A stretch of 64,000 nucleotides of DNA from Takakia lepidozioides (lineage: Eukaryota; Plantae; Bryophyta), in the NCBI GenBank assembly GCA_030704615.1, contig CM060733.1, positions 9,734,001 to 9,798,000 of the forward strand. The letters are read 5' to 3'. The translations under genes and the position numbers were made by a program. The notes below the pieces were generated by a model. That model was not told the origin of the DNA. It saw only the letters and a list, made by a program, of their open reading frames with translations, and did not search any database. Positions 12,480 through 24,313 of the stretch are shown here, one piece after another (position 1 is the stretch's first letter; each line of letters starts with the position of its first letter).

Positions 12480-12628
12480 TGAGGTGCATGTTGTGTGGGT
12501 CTGCTAGAAGGGCAGCCACCATGCTGGTGTGTGATCGATGCTCTAGAGGTTGGCATATGGGATGTTTGACTCCACCTCTTGAGATGGTTCCTGATGGGGA
12601 TTGGTTATGTCCGCATTGCATTGGATAG
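12480..12628 (+). CDS. PHD finger at the pol C-terminus
   Basis: CMLC-x10-CDRC-x4-HMGC-x14-CPHC (C4HC3) with the conserved W before the last Cys pair. Confidence 0.95.
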
Positions 12629-12888
12629 TGGAAGTAGATACAACCATGGAAGGCTAACAAGAAATGCAAAGCCAAGCTACTAGGAGACCTTGAACACACG
12701 AGATCCTGGCTCAAGTTCACAGATTGCAAGACGGCGACTAACGATGGGGCTACTCTTGTACTCGGCCTCTTGGTCTATAGAGTTTGAGTACAATAGGGAC
12801 AGTGATAGAGGACTTAGTACGGCTGTGGCTATTACATCTTGTAGCTATCTGGAATTAGAGGGACCTATCCACCAGCTAGGGGGGCGAT

Positions 12889-13125
12889 TGTGGCAGACTA
12901 CTTTATTGTCCATATATGTGTGGTGTAGTTTGGACAGCGATGTAGTTGTGTAGCGATACGTATACGCACGACAGCTGTCAAGTTAAATAAACACAGTGTG
13001 AAACTAACTAGAATAAAGCTAGTTATTTGTATTTAACACTTGGATTTAGTTCAAGTGTTAAGTCAGGTGTCAAGTTTAGCTTGACACCTGAACCATCTTA
13101 TCTTCACGAGAGTGTCAGTCGTGTG
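12889..13125 (+). repeat. 3' LTR, truncated; includes copy 2 of the 150-bp repeat (12976-13125)
   Basis: Starts TGTGGCAG right after the purine tract; the hAT sequence resumes at 13126. Confidence 0.75.
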
Positions 13126-14414
13126 CAAAATCTAATGCAAAATCTAGATAAGCATGTCCAATCCCTGAGGCATCATTATTTATCCTTGGAATCCGAGCTT
13201 GCGGACAGTGCCGATGATGCACTTTACAAGCGTCGTTCGATGGTTCGAACGGACTCACATCATGCGACTGGCTTCTTTTAACATGGCAGAGAGAGCTATA
13301 TCCAAGTACCAATGTTTTTCAGATCACCGCAACCATTTCGAGGACATGCCGAATCTGAAAGAGCTCAACATGTTGTCATATGAATGGTTGGATTTGATTG
13401 GAGCTGGAGCAAGAACATTGGCTCCCATTGCAAAGCGTATTCTTGCCCAAGTGTGCTCTGCCTCATCTTGCGAACGCAATTGGAGCAGTTACTCATCTAG
13501 ATTCGCAACAGGTTGAATCTCGCGTGGGCTGACAAATTGGTATATGTGTATACCAATTGCCAATTGTTACGTGAGAGAGCAGGGGATGATCCTGCAGCAT
13601 GATACGAGAGGAACTTGCATTCCAAAAATTTTGCTTCTGAGGCAGATTCGATGAGTGACGATACTGCGTCTCGGAGGGACTCGGATGCCTCCGATATTGG
13701 AGATGGGTCTAATGATGCTCCCGACAGTGACTATGACCCGTTTACGTTCACAGAGGACGATACATATATCCACCCGACCTTTGATGACATTCTTGACGAA
13801 ATATGTATCGCAGATGAGGTTGAAGCTGTAATTGTGTCCTCCCCAGAACATGGTCTTCAAAATGAAATTGGGGTTGACTCTCACCCCTATTACACGCTGA
13901 AGCCACCGGCAATGGCCAAATGGAGCTCAGGGGTGATAAACTACCACGACCGAGCGACGTACGCAACCATGTTCATACAAACGATGGTGTGGAACCCATT
14001 GTACAGTCAACGGGACGGAAAGATGCCTCACCGATACGACCAGCTCCGCCACAATCCGAAAACCGATCCATCTCCTTATCAACACAGCGGGCATTAAGGA
14101 GCAACATGGTTGAACTGTTTTCAACATGCACACATCATTTTGTTGCATTGGACTGGACGGAAGTTGAAGCCTCGGATGATGACAACCTGTCATTACAATT
14201 CCACCGTAATCGATGTATTGCGCAGCAGATCCGTGGCTCATCACATGCCGGACCATCTAATGTCGGTCCATCTCAGGCACACCCCTCTCCGAGACCTCCT
14301 TCAAGACCACCTTCGAATGCGTCCCAACTCCATAAACGACAGAGATCAATTCAGCCTTTTGTAGGCGATCGGCCCACAAACAGGCCAGATACTGTGGATG
14401 GTATTCAAGACTAG
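13126..14414 (+). pseudogene. hAT transposase, 3' part (dimerization domain and acidic tail)
   Basis: MVRTDSHHATGFF; LAPIAKRILAQVCSASSCERNWSSY; RNRLNLAWADKLVYVYTN; D/S-rich tail. Confidence 0.9.
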
Positions 14415-14924
14415 AGTGGGAATCGACCTCAAAGAAAACTAAATGTGGTTCGAGGTTGCTTGCAAGTTCAAAAGCCTGGACATGGGAGGTCGGATAGGAA
14501 GGACGATTCCAGCACTGATCATAACAATGGTGGTGAAGTCCAGGGGGACTCGGATTTTCAACCCATCGGAGCATCAAGAATAGGATCTTCGTCGTCCCGT
14601 CGTCAAAACAGCAGAAGGAATTGAAGCAAACAACTTTAGGCATCCAGTAGCACATTTTTGTGGACATGTTTACGTTTTTCTGTAGTGAAGCAATATTTGT
14701 GTGTTCATTGTCATTATGAGTATTTGTATTGGTGTTCTGTATGTCTTGGTAAAAACAAAAATGTTGCTCATGTGTATACCACCCAAAATGTCCTCATGAT
14801 TGTGTTTGATGTTTTGTTTTTGTAATGAGAAACAACTGTGTCAATGCGTACAACTCTGCATAAATTTGTCGATTGTGGGTTGTAGGTGTCATGGCGATCG
14901 CATCGATTGTTTTTTTTTTTTGAA

Positions 14925-15470
14925 GATGGAACGACCGCCAATCTGGCGGTCGCTTCCAATATTTTTATTATATTAAGAGAATCGGCGGTCCCTTGCAATT
15001 ATATTATTATTTAAATAGAGCGACCGCTAGTGGCGCTCGCTTCCATTTAATTTGTTTTTTAAATGAAGCGGTCACTTTTCGTTTTTATTTTTTGTAAACG
15101 TAGCGACCGCCATTACTCGCGGTCGCTTTTATTTCTTATGTTTCTGGCGGTCGTTTTTATTTTATTCTCTTTGTAGATGCAGTGACCGCCAATACTGACG
15201 GTCGTTTTTATTTTTTATATTTCTACATAGAGAGACCGAAATTACTGGCGGTCATTTTTGGCTTGTTTAGTTTTGTAAATTCATCCAACGCCATTACTGG
15301 CGGTCGCTTTTATTTATTTATTTATAAATAGAGCGACCGCCTTTAATGCCGGTCGCTTTGTTTTTTATTTTTATAAATAAAGCGGGCGGTCGCTTTCATT
15401 TTTTATTTTTTTAAATAGAGCGACCGCCACTATTGGTGACCAGTAATGGCGGTCGCTTTTATTTTTATTT
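14925..15470. repeat. Array of GCGACCGCC-N-GGCGGTCGC palindromes with T-rich spacers
   Basis: About a dozen degenerate copies at ~40-45 bp spacing. Confidence 0.9.
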
Positions 15471-15473
15471 AAA

Positions 15474-16030
15474 TCTCAATGCGAACGAAAATCATTTGGA
15501 TGGGCAACCCTCCGTTGGCCCATTTCGTTCAATGGGTGCATTGGCCATTTACCCATGACAGGATTTCTTTATCGCAATGAATAAAATTGGATGACACGTG
15601 AACGTCTCATGGGCCCATTGAACGAATTTCGATTGATCTCATATTACTCTCGGACCTGTGACATGGTACATTGGACATACTGGCCAAGTCTCGAAGCGAA
15701 CGAAAATCATTTGGATGGGCAATCCTCCGTTGGCCCATTGGACAAATTTCGTTTCATCTCATATTACTCTGGGACCTCTTACATGGTACATTACACACAC
15801 TGGCAAAGTCTCAAAGTGAACCAAAATCAATTTGGATGGGCAACCATCCGTTCAGCCATCGAATGAATTTCGTTTCATCTCATATTCGTCTGGGACCTAA
15901 TACATGGTATGTTGAACATAGTGGCAAAGTTTGAAAGCAAAAAAAAATCATTTGGATGGTCAACCATTCGACCGCCTATTGAATGAATTTTGTTTCGTCT
16001 CATATTAGACAGGGACCTGTTACATGGTAT
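15474..16030. repeat. ~120-bp tandem repeat (about 4 copies, some partial)
   Basis: gcgaacgaaaatcatttggatgggcaa...ctcatatt...ggacc...acatggta recurs at ~15480, 15696, 15816 and 15936. Confidence 0.9.
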
Positions 16031-16048
16031 GCATTTTAAAGCTTTTTT

Positions 16049-16333
16049 TGTAGTGTCTCCTACCTCATAATGCAGTGCTTCTCTATATCCACTTTATCCA
16101 ATCTGTCGATGTTCTCTACCTGGAACATATCCACACATATCCATATAAATCCTTTAATAGTCAAATGACCATCGCAACTTTTGCAAGCCTCATCATCAAC
16201 TTCAAGTTGGGATGGTCATTTAGGTTTTTAAGTATTTCTATACACATGTGTGGATCTGTTCTAGATGGAGAACATCAACATTGGAAAAATAAGAGCTGGA
16301 GAAGCACCGCATTACGAAGCAAGAGACATTACA
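16049..16333. repeat. Long inverted repeat, hairpin A
   Basis: Arms 16049-16180 and 16204-16333 are reverse complements with scattered, mostly transition, mismatches. Confidence 0.9.
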
Positions 16334-16503
16334 GAAGACCTCAGCATCTTGATCATTTGGCATGATGAATCATTTCGTTCATCACTTGAAGCACTTCTGA
16401 AATGATCTCATGCTTGTTGGTGGAAGCTAACGCGTGCTCGCGTGCCAATCATGCGTCCTCCTAGGCCACATTGATCTCGTACTAGTCGAAGACTCCCTCA
16501 GAC

Positions 16504-16587
16504 CACACGAAACGGTTCATGTGATACATTTTCACAAATGCGATGTGATACATTTGTGAAATGATATCACATCAACCGTTTAATGTG
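16504..16587. repeat. Short stem-loop, hairpin B (pre-miRNA sized)
   Basis: aaacggttcatgtgatacattttcacaaatg pairs with catttgtgaaatgatatcacatcaaccgttt. Confidence 0.85.
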
Positions 16588-17351
16588 ACCAATGCACCTC
16601 TTCCGCACTATGGCGGAAATGTTCGTCACTTCATGACACAAACACAAATAATATGTGCAAACAATATCAAGAATCATATGTATCGCAAAGTGTTTGATAT
16701 CGCCGATGTTCATGTAGCTGATTTTTGTAGGAATCATTTTGCTACTCCCATGCCTGTCAAGGACGAGAGCATGACTTAACACAAATAAGAGATCAGACTA
16801 GAGGTACAAGACTAGACAAGAAGTCAAGGTCGGCGTGGCCGAATGCATGATGGGTATACACGAACTTGACTTGGATATTAGAATGCTGGAGACTGGACTG
16901 GAGTACTAGATATTGGAAACTGGACTAGAGTACTGGGACTGGAAACAAGAGTAGCTTGAACTTGTGTTGGCGAGACTGAAGAGTGTCCAGTCTCGTCTCC
17001 TATATATACTGACTACTAAGAAGCTTCCCTATGAAGCTTCCCCTATAGAGGTTGCTTGCTGGAGAAGTTTCCAAGATTAAACAAAGGTTTCTTGATGGAG
17101 AAGCTTCTTTAAACAAATGGGTATCTTGATGGAGAAGTTTCCTCCAAAGGAAACTTCTTGAGCAGTTTCCCAAGTTACTCTTGATAATTTGGTAAACTCC
17201 TGGTAACTTGGTAAATAATGGTAAATCATGGTAGCTGGTAAATCACGGTAAGTCATTGTAACTTTTGGTAACATGGTAACTTGATAACTTTTGATATTTA
17301 CTCCTGGTAAGTTCTTCTGGGCTATGTCCGAGACATCACCCCTTCCTCTAG

Positions 17352-18435
17352 CGCCAAGTTCCTCGAGGAGCGGTAAAATCTGGGACTTGCTTAGAGTTGG
17401 AAAAAATCCAAAATCCGGCGAATGGTACTTGCCAAGTATTCGGCTTTTCGTTCTTGACTCAAATGATTTATAGGTCCCTACAACCATCGATAGTGTCCAA
17501 CACCTTGAACTTGGGACCACGCAGTGATTTGAGCATTCTGATTTTTGAAGCTGCCTTCAAACATGATTTCGCCAAGTTCCTCGAGGAGCGGTAAAATGGG
17601 ACTGCTTAGAGTTGGAAAAAATCCAAAATCCGGCGAATGGTACTTGCCAAGTATTCGGCTCTTCGTTCTTGACTCAAATGATTTATAGGTCCCTACAACC
17701 ATCAATAGTGTCCAACACCTTGAACTTGGGACCACGCAGTGATTTGAGCATTCTGATTTTTGAAGCTGCCTTCAAACATGATTTCGCCAAGTTCCTCGAG
17801 GAGCGGTAAAATCTGGGACTTGCTTAGAGTTGGAAAAAATCCAAAATCCGGCGAATGGTACTTGCCAAGTATTCGGCTCTTCGTTCTTGACTCAAATGAT
17901 TTATAGGTCCCTACAACCATCGATAGTGTCCAACACCTTGAACTTGGGACCACGCAGTGATTTGAGCATTCTGATTTTTGAAGCTGCCTTCAAACATGAT
18001 TTTGCCAAGTTCCTCGAGGAGCGGTAAAATCTGGGACTTGCTTAGAGTTGGAAAAAATCCAAAATCCGGCGAATGGTACTTGCCAAGTATTCGGCTCTTC
18101 GTTCTTGACTCAAATGATTTATAGGTCCCTACAACCATCGATAGTGTCCAACACCTTGAACTTGGGACCACGCAGTGATTTGAGCATTCTGATTTTTGCA
18201 GGCCTTCAAACATGATTTCGCCAAGTTTCCTCGAGAGCGGTTAAAATCTGGGACTTGCTTAGTTGGAAAAAAAAAATCCGGCTGAATGATACTTGCCAAG
18301 TATTCGGCTCTTCGTTCTTGACTCAAATGATTTATAGGTCCCTACAACCATCGATAGTGTCCAACACCTTGAACTTGGGACCACGCAGTGATTTGAGCAT
18401 TTTGATTTTTGAAGCTGCCTTCAAACATGATTTCG
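17352..18435. repeat. ~217-bp tandem repeat, 5 copies, in the 3' UTR of copy 1
   Basis: Units start at ~17352, 17570, 17785, 18003 and 18219; a single unit is present in copy 2 (~51115-51335). Confidence 0.97.
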
Positions 18436-18804
18436 TTGCCCTCTGGGTCCGAAGCCTCAACCTCCAACAGAATTATCAGACTTCGAGTAGGCTCCACTTG
18501 CCTTAGTACGGGGTCCAGATGAGGAAGTACGCGTCGCATTGGTGGCCCATCGTCTCGAAAGCGTCGGCGTGATGTTGAAGGTTGTGAGAGTCGGAACGGC
18601 TGATCTGATAACTGGGTAAGCAACAACTCGAATGTATCTGGATTCTGTGACTCCATACTGCCAATACAAGATGCAAGAGTGCTGAAAGTGTAGCTATATA
18701 TACTGATGTGTGGTGCTTCTCCCTCCTTAACGTGTAGCAGATACATTGAATGTGGAGTCTTCACCTTGAAGCTAACTTGGTTGACATCATCGTTGTGACG
18801 TCTT

Positions 18805-21575
18805 ATTGACGTGTAGCTCGGGGCTTAGCTGGATATCGTTGATGAAACTCTTGGACTTTGTCAGATGCATTGGCGAGGTTGAATGAAGGTTCTCACGTTC
18901 GTTCGCTGATGTCGTAGCCTTTCAAATGTACGAAATACTCAAGACGTTTATACTTGATGTGAGAGTCTAGGCCTTCGTCGACTTCATACTCAATTTCTTG
19001 ATTGACTTCGATTGGTGGAGGTGGTACGGAGACTCTCCCTGGAATATTCGATGGATGATACAACTCCAATAATGAAACATGAAAGACTGGATGGATGCGC
19101 ATACTTCGTGGGAGTTCAAGCCAAAAACTGACCGGATTTATTTGTCGAATAATTTTGAATGATCCCAAGCGTTGATAATCCAATTTCCTTGATGGTCGCG
19201 AGGTTTGTATGTACAGTCGAAGAAGCCACATACAATCTCCGACCTTGAATTGGGGTTGGAATTGATGACGTGTATCTGCATACTCCTTGTATTGTTTTTA
19301 AGCTTCTGCGAGGTGGAATGTAAACTCCTTGTGAATCGTAGCGAGATGAGTAGCAAGGTTTCCTACAGCATGGCTTGCACCAGTCTTCATGTGGAAAGGG
19401 TTTGCTCGAGGATGATGTCCATAATTGGAGAAAAATGGAGTTTGCTTGGTCGAAGAGTGTATAGTGTTGTTGTAGGCAAACTCAACCAATGACAGAAGGT
19501 CCGTCCAATTATCTTGGTGATAATTTATCGTACATCGAAGATACTGCTCCAAAATCTGGTTTACACGTTCGGTTTGACCATCAGTCTGTGGATGATTAAA
19601 TGTAGAGAGGTTGATCTTAGTATCCAATATGTGAAATAATACATTCCAAAAATTTGATATGAACAGTGGTCCTCGATCAGATACGATGTCTTTCGGGAGT
19701 CCATGAATGTGGTAGATATTATTAAGGAAGAGTCTTGCAGTTCCCTCGTCGGTAACCGTCTTATTACATGGAATGAAATGTGTCATCTTCGTAAAACGAT
19801 CCACAATAACAAGGATTGAATCGGTGGTCTTGGAAATTGGAAGGTCGGTAATAAAGTCCATAGACACGGACGACCATGGACCCTTGGGAATGGGTAATGG
19901 TTGAAAAAGGCCGTAAGGTCGATGTCGTGGTCCCTTCGCTCTAGCACACGTGTCGCAAGATTTTATAAATTCTTTCACAAGTTTCCACATCTGCGGCCAC
20001 CAGTAGTCCCTGGATATCAATTCCATTGTTTTGTTAAAGCCGAAATGTCTTGCAGCCGAAAGATCATGACATGTTTGAAAAATTCAAAGTCGTGTAGGTC
20101 CTGGAGGTACATAGAGAAGTCCCTTGAAATAAACTAAACCATCTTTGAATTCGAAGTCGTTTGTAACGTGTGGGTTGTCTCGAGGTCGATTTAGTTGACT
20201 TCGTAGTGTCGCAGCAAAATGGTCGCTCTTCAGTGCTTCCTGAATCTCTTTTATGATCTCTACATCGTCATAGGTGGACATGGATAGCATATTCAATTGG
20301 AGATTTGCTGGTTTCAAGATGATGGATTTCTGTTAGTCAAAAGTTGCATCCTCTTCTTTTGGCGCAAGATACGATCGTCGAGAAAGAGCATCTGATTTTC
20401 TTTGAAAATATCCGGGACAATAGGTAATAACAAAATCAAATCTTACTAGTGACATACTTCATCTCGCTTGACGTCGATTCAAAACACGAGCATTCATAAA
20501 ATACTCGAGGTTTTTGTGATCAGTATAGACAGTGACCTGATGTTGAGCTCTCTCCAATAGATGACGCCACTCGTCAAAAGCATCGATAATCGCTAGAAGT
20601 TCTTTGTCATGGATTTCATAATTGATCTCCGTAGCGGAAAATTTGCGAGAACGAAAACCAACAGGGTGAATTCGGCCATCTGTACCGTATTGAGAGAGTA
20701 ATGCGCCAAGTGCAAAGTCCGATGCATCTGCTTCCAAAAAAAATGGTTTAGATGGGTGTGCATGTACCAGTATCGGAGCCGTTGTAAATGCCTGCTTCAG
20801 CCTTTCAAATGCTTGGTCAGCCTTCTTGTCCCATACAAATTTGTCCTTTCATGTGAGTCGTGTCAAATGGTGCAGCAATGTTGGAGTAGTCCTTGATGAA
20901 GATTCTATAGAAATTTGCAAATTCTAGAAAACATTGTACATCTCAGACCGAAGTTGATTTAATCCACTCGATGATGGTTTGTATTTTCTTCTGATCCATA
21001 AAGACTCATTTGTCGGAAATAATGTAGCCCAAAAATTCGACTTCAGATTGGTGGAAAAGATATTTTCTAACTTGACATATAGTCCTTTTTTCCCTCAATT
21101 TATCAAGGACAAGGCGTACATGGCGACCATGTTCTTCTTCACTCTTCGAAAATATCAAAATGTCGTCCAAATAGATGACTACAAAGTCATCTAAAAATTC
21201 TCGAAAGATGTCATTCATCATGTGTTGAAAAATTGTTGGAGCATTTGTAAGACCGAAAGGCATAACACTGTATTCGAAATGTCTGTACCTTGTGCGAAAA
21301 GCAGTCTTCTATTCGTCTCTTTCTTTTATTCATACGAGGTTGTAAACTCCTCTCAAGTCGATCTTTGTGAAAAACTTTACTCGTCCAAGTTGATCGAGGA
21401 GTCCGGAAATCAACGGTAGTGGGTAACAATTTTTTATAGTGACTTTGTTGAGCCCACGGTAGTCCACACACATGCGTAACGATCCGTTCGTCTTCTTCAC
21501 AAATAAGATAGGTGCTCCCGCGGGGGATTTCGATTGTCGAATGAAATTCTTTGACAATTTTTCATCAATGTAAAG
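18805..21575 (-). pseudogene. pol: pol (RT-RNaseH-INT-chromodomain) of copy 1
   Basis: [82 protein letters not shown]. Confidence 0.95.
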
Positions 21576-21661
21576 TGGAACTGTGAAACAAAGTACAAGG
21601 TCTGGAGGTAGAAAGAGACCTTTTTTTTATGAGGAATTTGGAGTGTCCAGCCGCATGGTCC

Positions 21662-22660
21662 CTACTGTGACTGGACATCTTCGTTTTCCGACCTCCTCGT
21701 ATCGAACACTTGAGTTGTGCCCCGAGCTTTGAATCTTCTTTTGTTGGGGCAGTTTAATGCTATGTGATCATCTTCTCCGCAATAAAGGCATAATCCAATC
21801 GAGCGCCGTCTTTGTTTTTCTTGTGGCGTCAATGGCTTGAATCGGACAGCATCAATCTGCATAAGATCATTTCCGGATGTCTGATGGATCATTGTGTTTG
21901 GTGCCGTAGTAGCAGCAGCATGGTGCGTTGTCGACCATCCAGATCGCTTCTCTTGACGTCTTTCGAAACAACGATTATCGCATGACTTGGGTGATGAATT
22001 CGCTCAGTGTGCTCACGTTTGGCATTGTCAGCAACAAATCTTTTACATCCTCTTTTAGCCCACATCGAAACTGACTAATGAAGCTCTTCTCATTACAGTC
22101 GAGGTAGCACACAAGTTGTCAAAATTCGGCAGCATAAACGGAAGCAGGACGTGCGCCTTGTTTAAGATTTCGCATCTTTGTCTCTGCAACTCTCTCCCTA
22201 TCATTTTCTCCAAACGTTGCAGTGAACTCGGACATGAATGCTTCAAAATTGTATAGTAAATGCGAATTTTTTTCTAATAGCGGTATAAACTAAGATAGGG
22301 CAGTGCCTGATAGAAGGGTGCCCACGAATCCCACTTGAATACCTTCATCGGGGTAGCATTGTGGATGTAGTCGTAGGAACAGTCGTATTTGTTGAACAAA
22401 ACCGCGAAATCTTGATCTCATCCCATCAAATTTCTCGGGCATGCTGATCTTTGGTTCTCTCGTAATCTGTTGAAGATGAACCGTTATAGTAGGAGCTGTT
22501 GCAATAGAGACACGTATGGTTGAAGATCCATTATTCGACTCCTTTTACTCTGAAATTTGTTGTTAAACCCAGAAAACATTGTACATCTCGGACTGAAGTT
22601 GGTTTAATCCACTCGATGATGGTTTGTATTTTCTTCAAATTGTGGAGAGCGTTGCCAAGA
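21662..22660 (-). pseudogene. gag: gag of copy 1
   Basis: MQIDAVR...LCLYCGEDDHIALNCP; homologous to 30187-31122. Confidence 0.9.
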
Positions 22661-23688
22661 TTACCGCAAATGTGTCTTCCATCTTAACTAACTAAGGAAC
22701 AAACTTTAGTCTCGCCAAACTGTCAAGGACGAGAGCATGACTTAACACAAACAAGATATCAGACTAGAGGTACAAGACTAGACAAGAAGTCAAGGTCGGC
22801 GTGGCCGAATGCATGATGGGTATACACGAATCAAGATGATCTTTATAACAATGGACAAGAGTACAAGATACTGGAACTTGACTTGGATACTAGAATGCTG
22901 GAGACTGGACTGGAGTACTAGATATTGGAAACTGGACTAGAGTACTGGAAGTTGGACTGGAGTACTGGGACTGGAAACAAGAGTAGCTTGAACTTGTGTT
23001 GGCGAGACTGAAGAGTGTCCAATCTCGCCTCCTATATATATTGGCTACTAAGAAGCTTCCCTAAGAAGCTTCCCCTATGGAGGTTGCTTGCTGGAGAAGT
23101 TTTCAAGATTAAACAAAGGTTTCTTGATGGAGAAGCTTCCTTAAACAAAAGAAGTATCTTGATGGAGAAGTTTCCTGAGCAGTTTCCCAAGTTACTCTTG
23201 ATAATTTGGTAAACTCCCAGTAATTTGGTGAGTAATAGTAAATCACGGTAAATCACGGTAAGTCATGATAACTTTCGGTAACATGGTAACTTGATAACTT
23301 CTGGTATTTACTCTTGGTAAGTTCCTCTGGGCTATGTCCGTGGTAATGCCAACAACATCAAGTCAACTAAGACTATCATATTCCGAATTCCGTATCAGCC
23401 ACGGCCCACCACGGTCTTGAAACCATCAATTGAGCATCAAATGTCCAATTCATTCTATTTATGGAGGGTCGTGGCTGATACATTCGTTTGAATATGACAG
23501 TGTCAGAGAACCTGATGTTGTTGGCATGGGAATAGCAAAAAAACTAATACAAAAAAGAGCTAGATGAACAACAATAACATCAAACACCTTGCAATAAATA
23601 TGATTGTTGACATTGGTTGTGACAGCTCCAATCAATACAGAGCTTGCACCATCAGTTGCGCTCCAGCAGCAGTCCTGGCCCCCCCGAG

Positions 23689-24237
23689 TAAATAAAGTTC
23701 CGGTGTAAATACTAAATTACATACGCTCGAGCCTCACATATGTCATTTCAACAAAATCGGCCATGTACTGTGTCACTGTTTGTATGTTCCAATGTTCCAA
23801 CGTTTTTGACAGGTTCTGAGAAAACGATGTATTGGTTCCGTAGGAGTTAGACAACAAACGTTGTATATCTCATTCCAATGTGCGACACAACATGAGAGGC
23901 ATGGATCCGCAAGTAATAGGTGTACATGCGACCTCCGGACGTTCCAGTAGACCATTCGCTGGACCTAGTATCGAACGTTCGGACTTCGGAGGTCGCATGT
24001 GCACCTGTTACTTACGGACTCATGTCTCTCATGGTAGTGTCGAACATTTGAATGAGATGTGGAACGTTTGTTGTCTAACTCTTACGGAACCAATACATCG
24101 TTTTCCCAGAACTGTATCAGAAACGTTGGAACATTACAAATATAAACAGTGAGACAATACACAAACCATTTATGTTGCGATCACAGGTGCGAGGGTTGAG
24201 CATATGCAATGTAGTATTTACAATGGGATTTTATTTA
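23689..24237. repeat. Long inverted repeat, hairpin D (~250-bp arms)
   Basis: 23689-23937 is the reverse complement of 23987-24237; ORFs on opposite strands share NVCCLT.TEPIHRF.RT. Confidence 0.95.
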
Positions 24238-24313
24238 TTACATGCACGATCAAATCTGTCTTCACAGTTGAACCATTGCACGGCCGCAAATCTAATATCT
24301 ACGAGACTATGGT

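Larger units (their letters stand above)
1278..13125 (+). mobile_element. Ty3/Gypsy LTR retrotransposon with C5 DNA methyltransferase and PHD finger, inserted in the hAT transposase
   Basis: Order gag-PR-DNMT-RT-RNaseH-INT-PHD; 150-bp direct repeats at 1278-1427 and 12976-13125 (one mismatch seen); PPT-like aggggggcga at 12878-12887 followed by TG at 12889. Confidence 0.9.
16755..23345 (-). mobile_element. Chromoviral Ty3/Gypsy element (Tcn1-like), copy 1, defective
   Basis: LTRs 16755-17335 and 22721-23345; TSD ATGCC at 16750-16754 and 23346-23350; PPT 17336-17349; gag, RT (YLDD), RNase H, INT and chromodomain; protease deleted. Confidence 0.97.
16658..23619. repeat. Long inverted repeat, hairpin C, split by the LTR element
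   Basis: Left arm 16658-16754 plus 23351-23407; right arm 23466-23619. The arm becomes contiguous once 16755-23350 is removed. Confidence 0.88.

Noticed and set aside
14925-15470. CRISPR-like look of palindromic repeats with spacers (also 26395-27180)
   Set aside because: Repeats are degenerate, spacers are low-complexity A/T tracts similar to each other, there are no cas genes, and the context is eukaryotic.
17397-18506. Repeated 65-100 aa ORFs as a small gene family
   Set aside because: They are a by-product of the ~217-bp tandem repeat.
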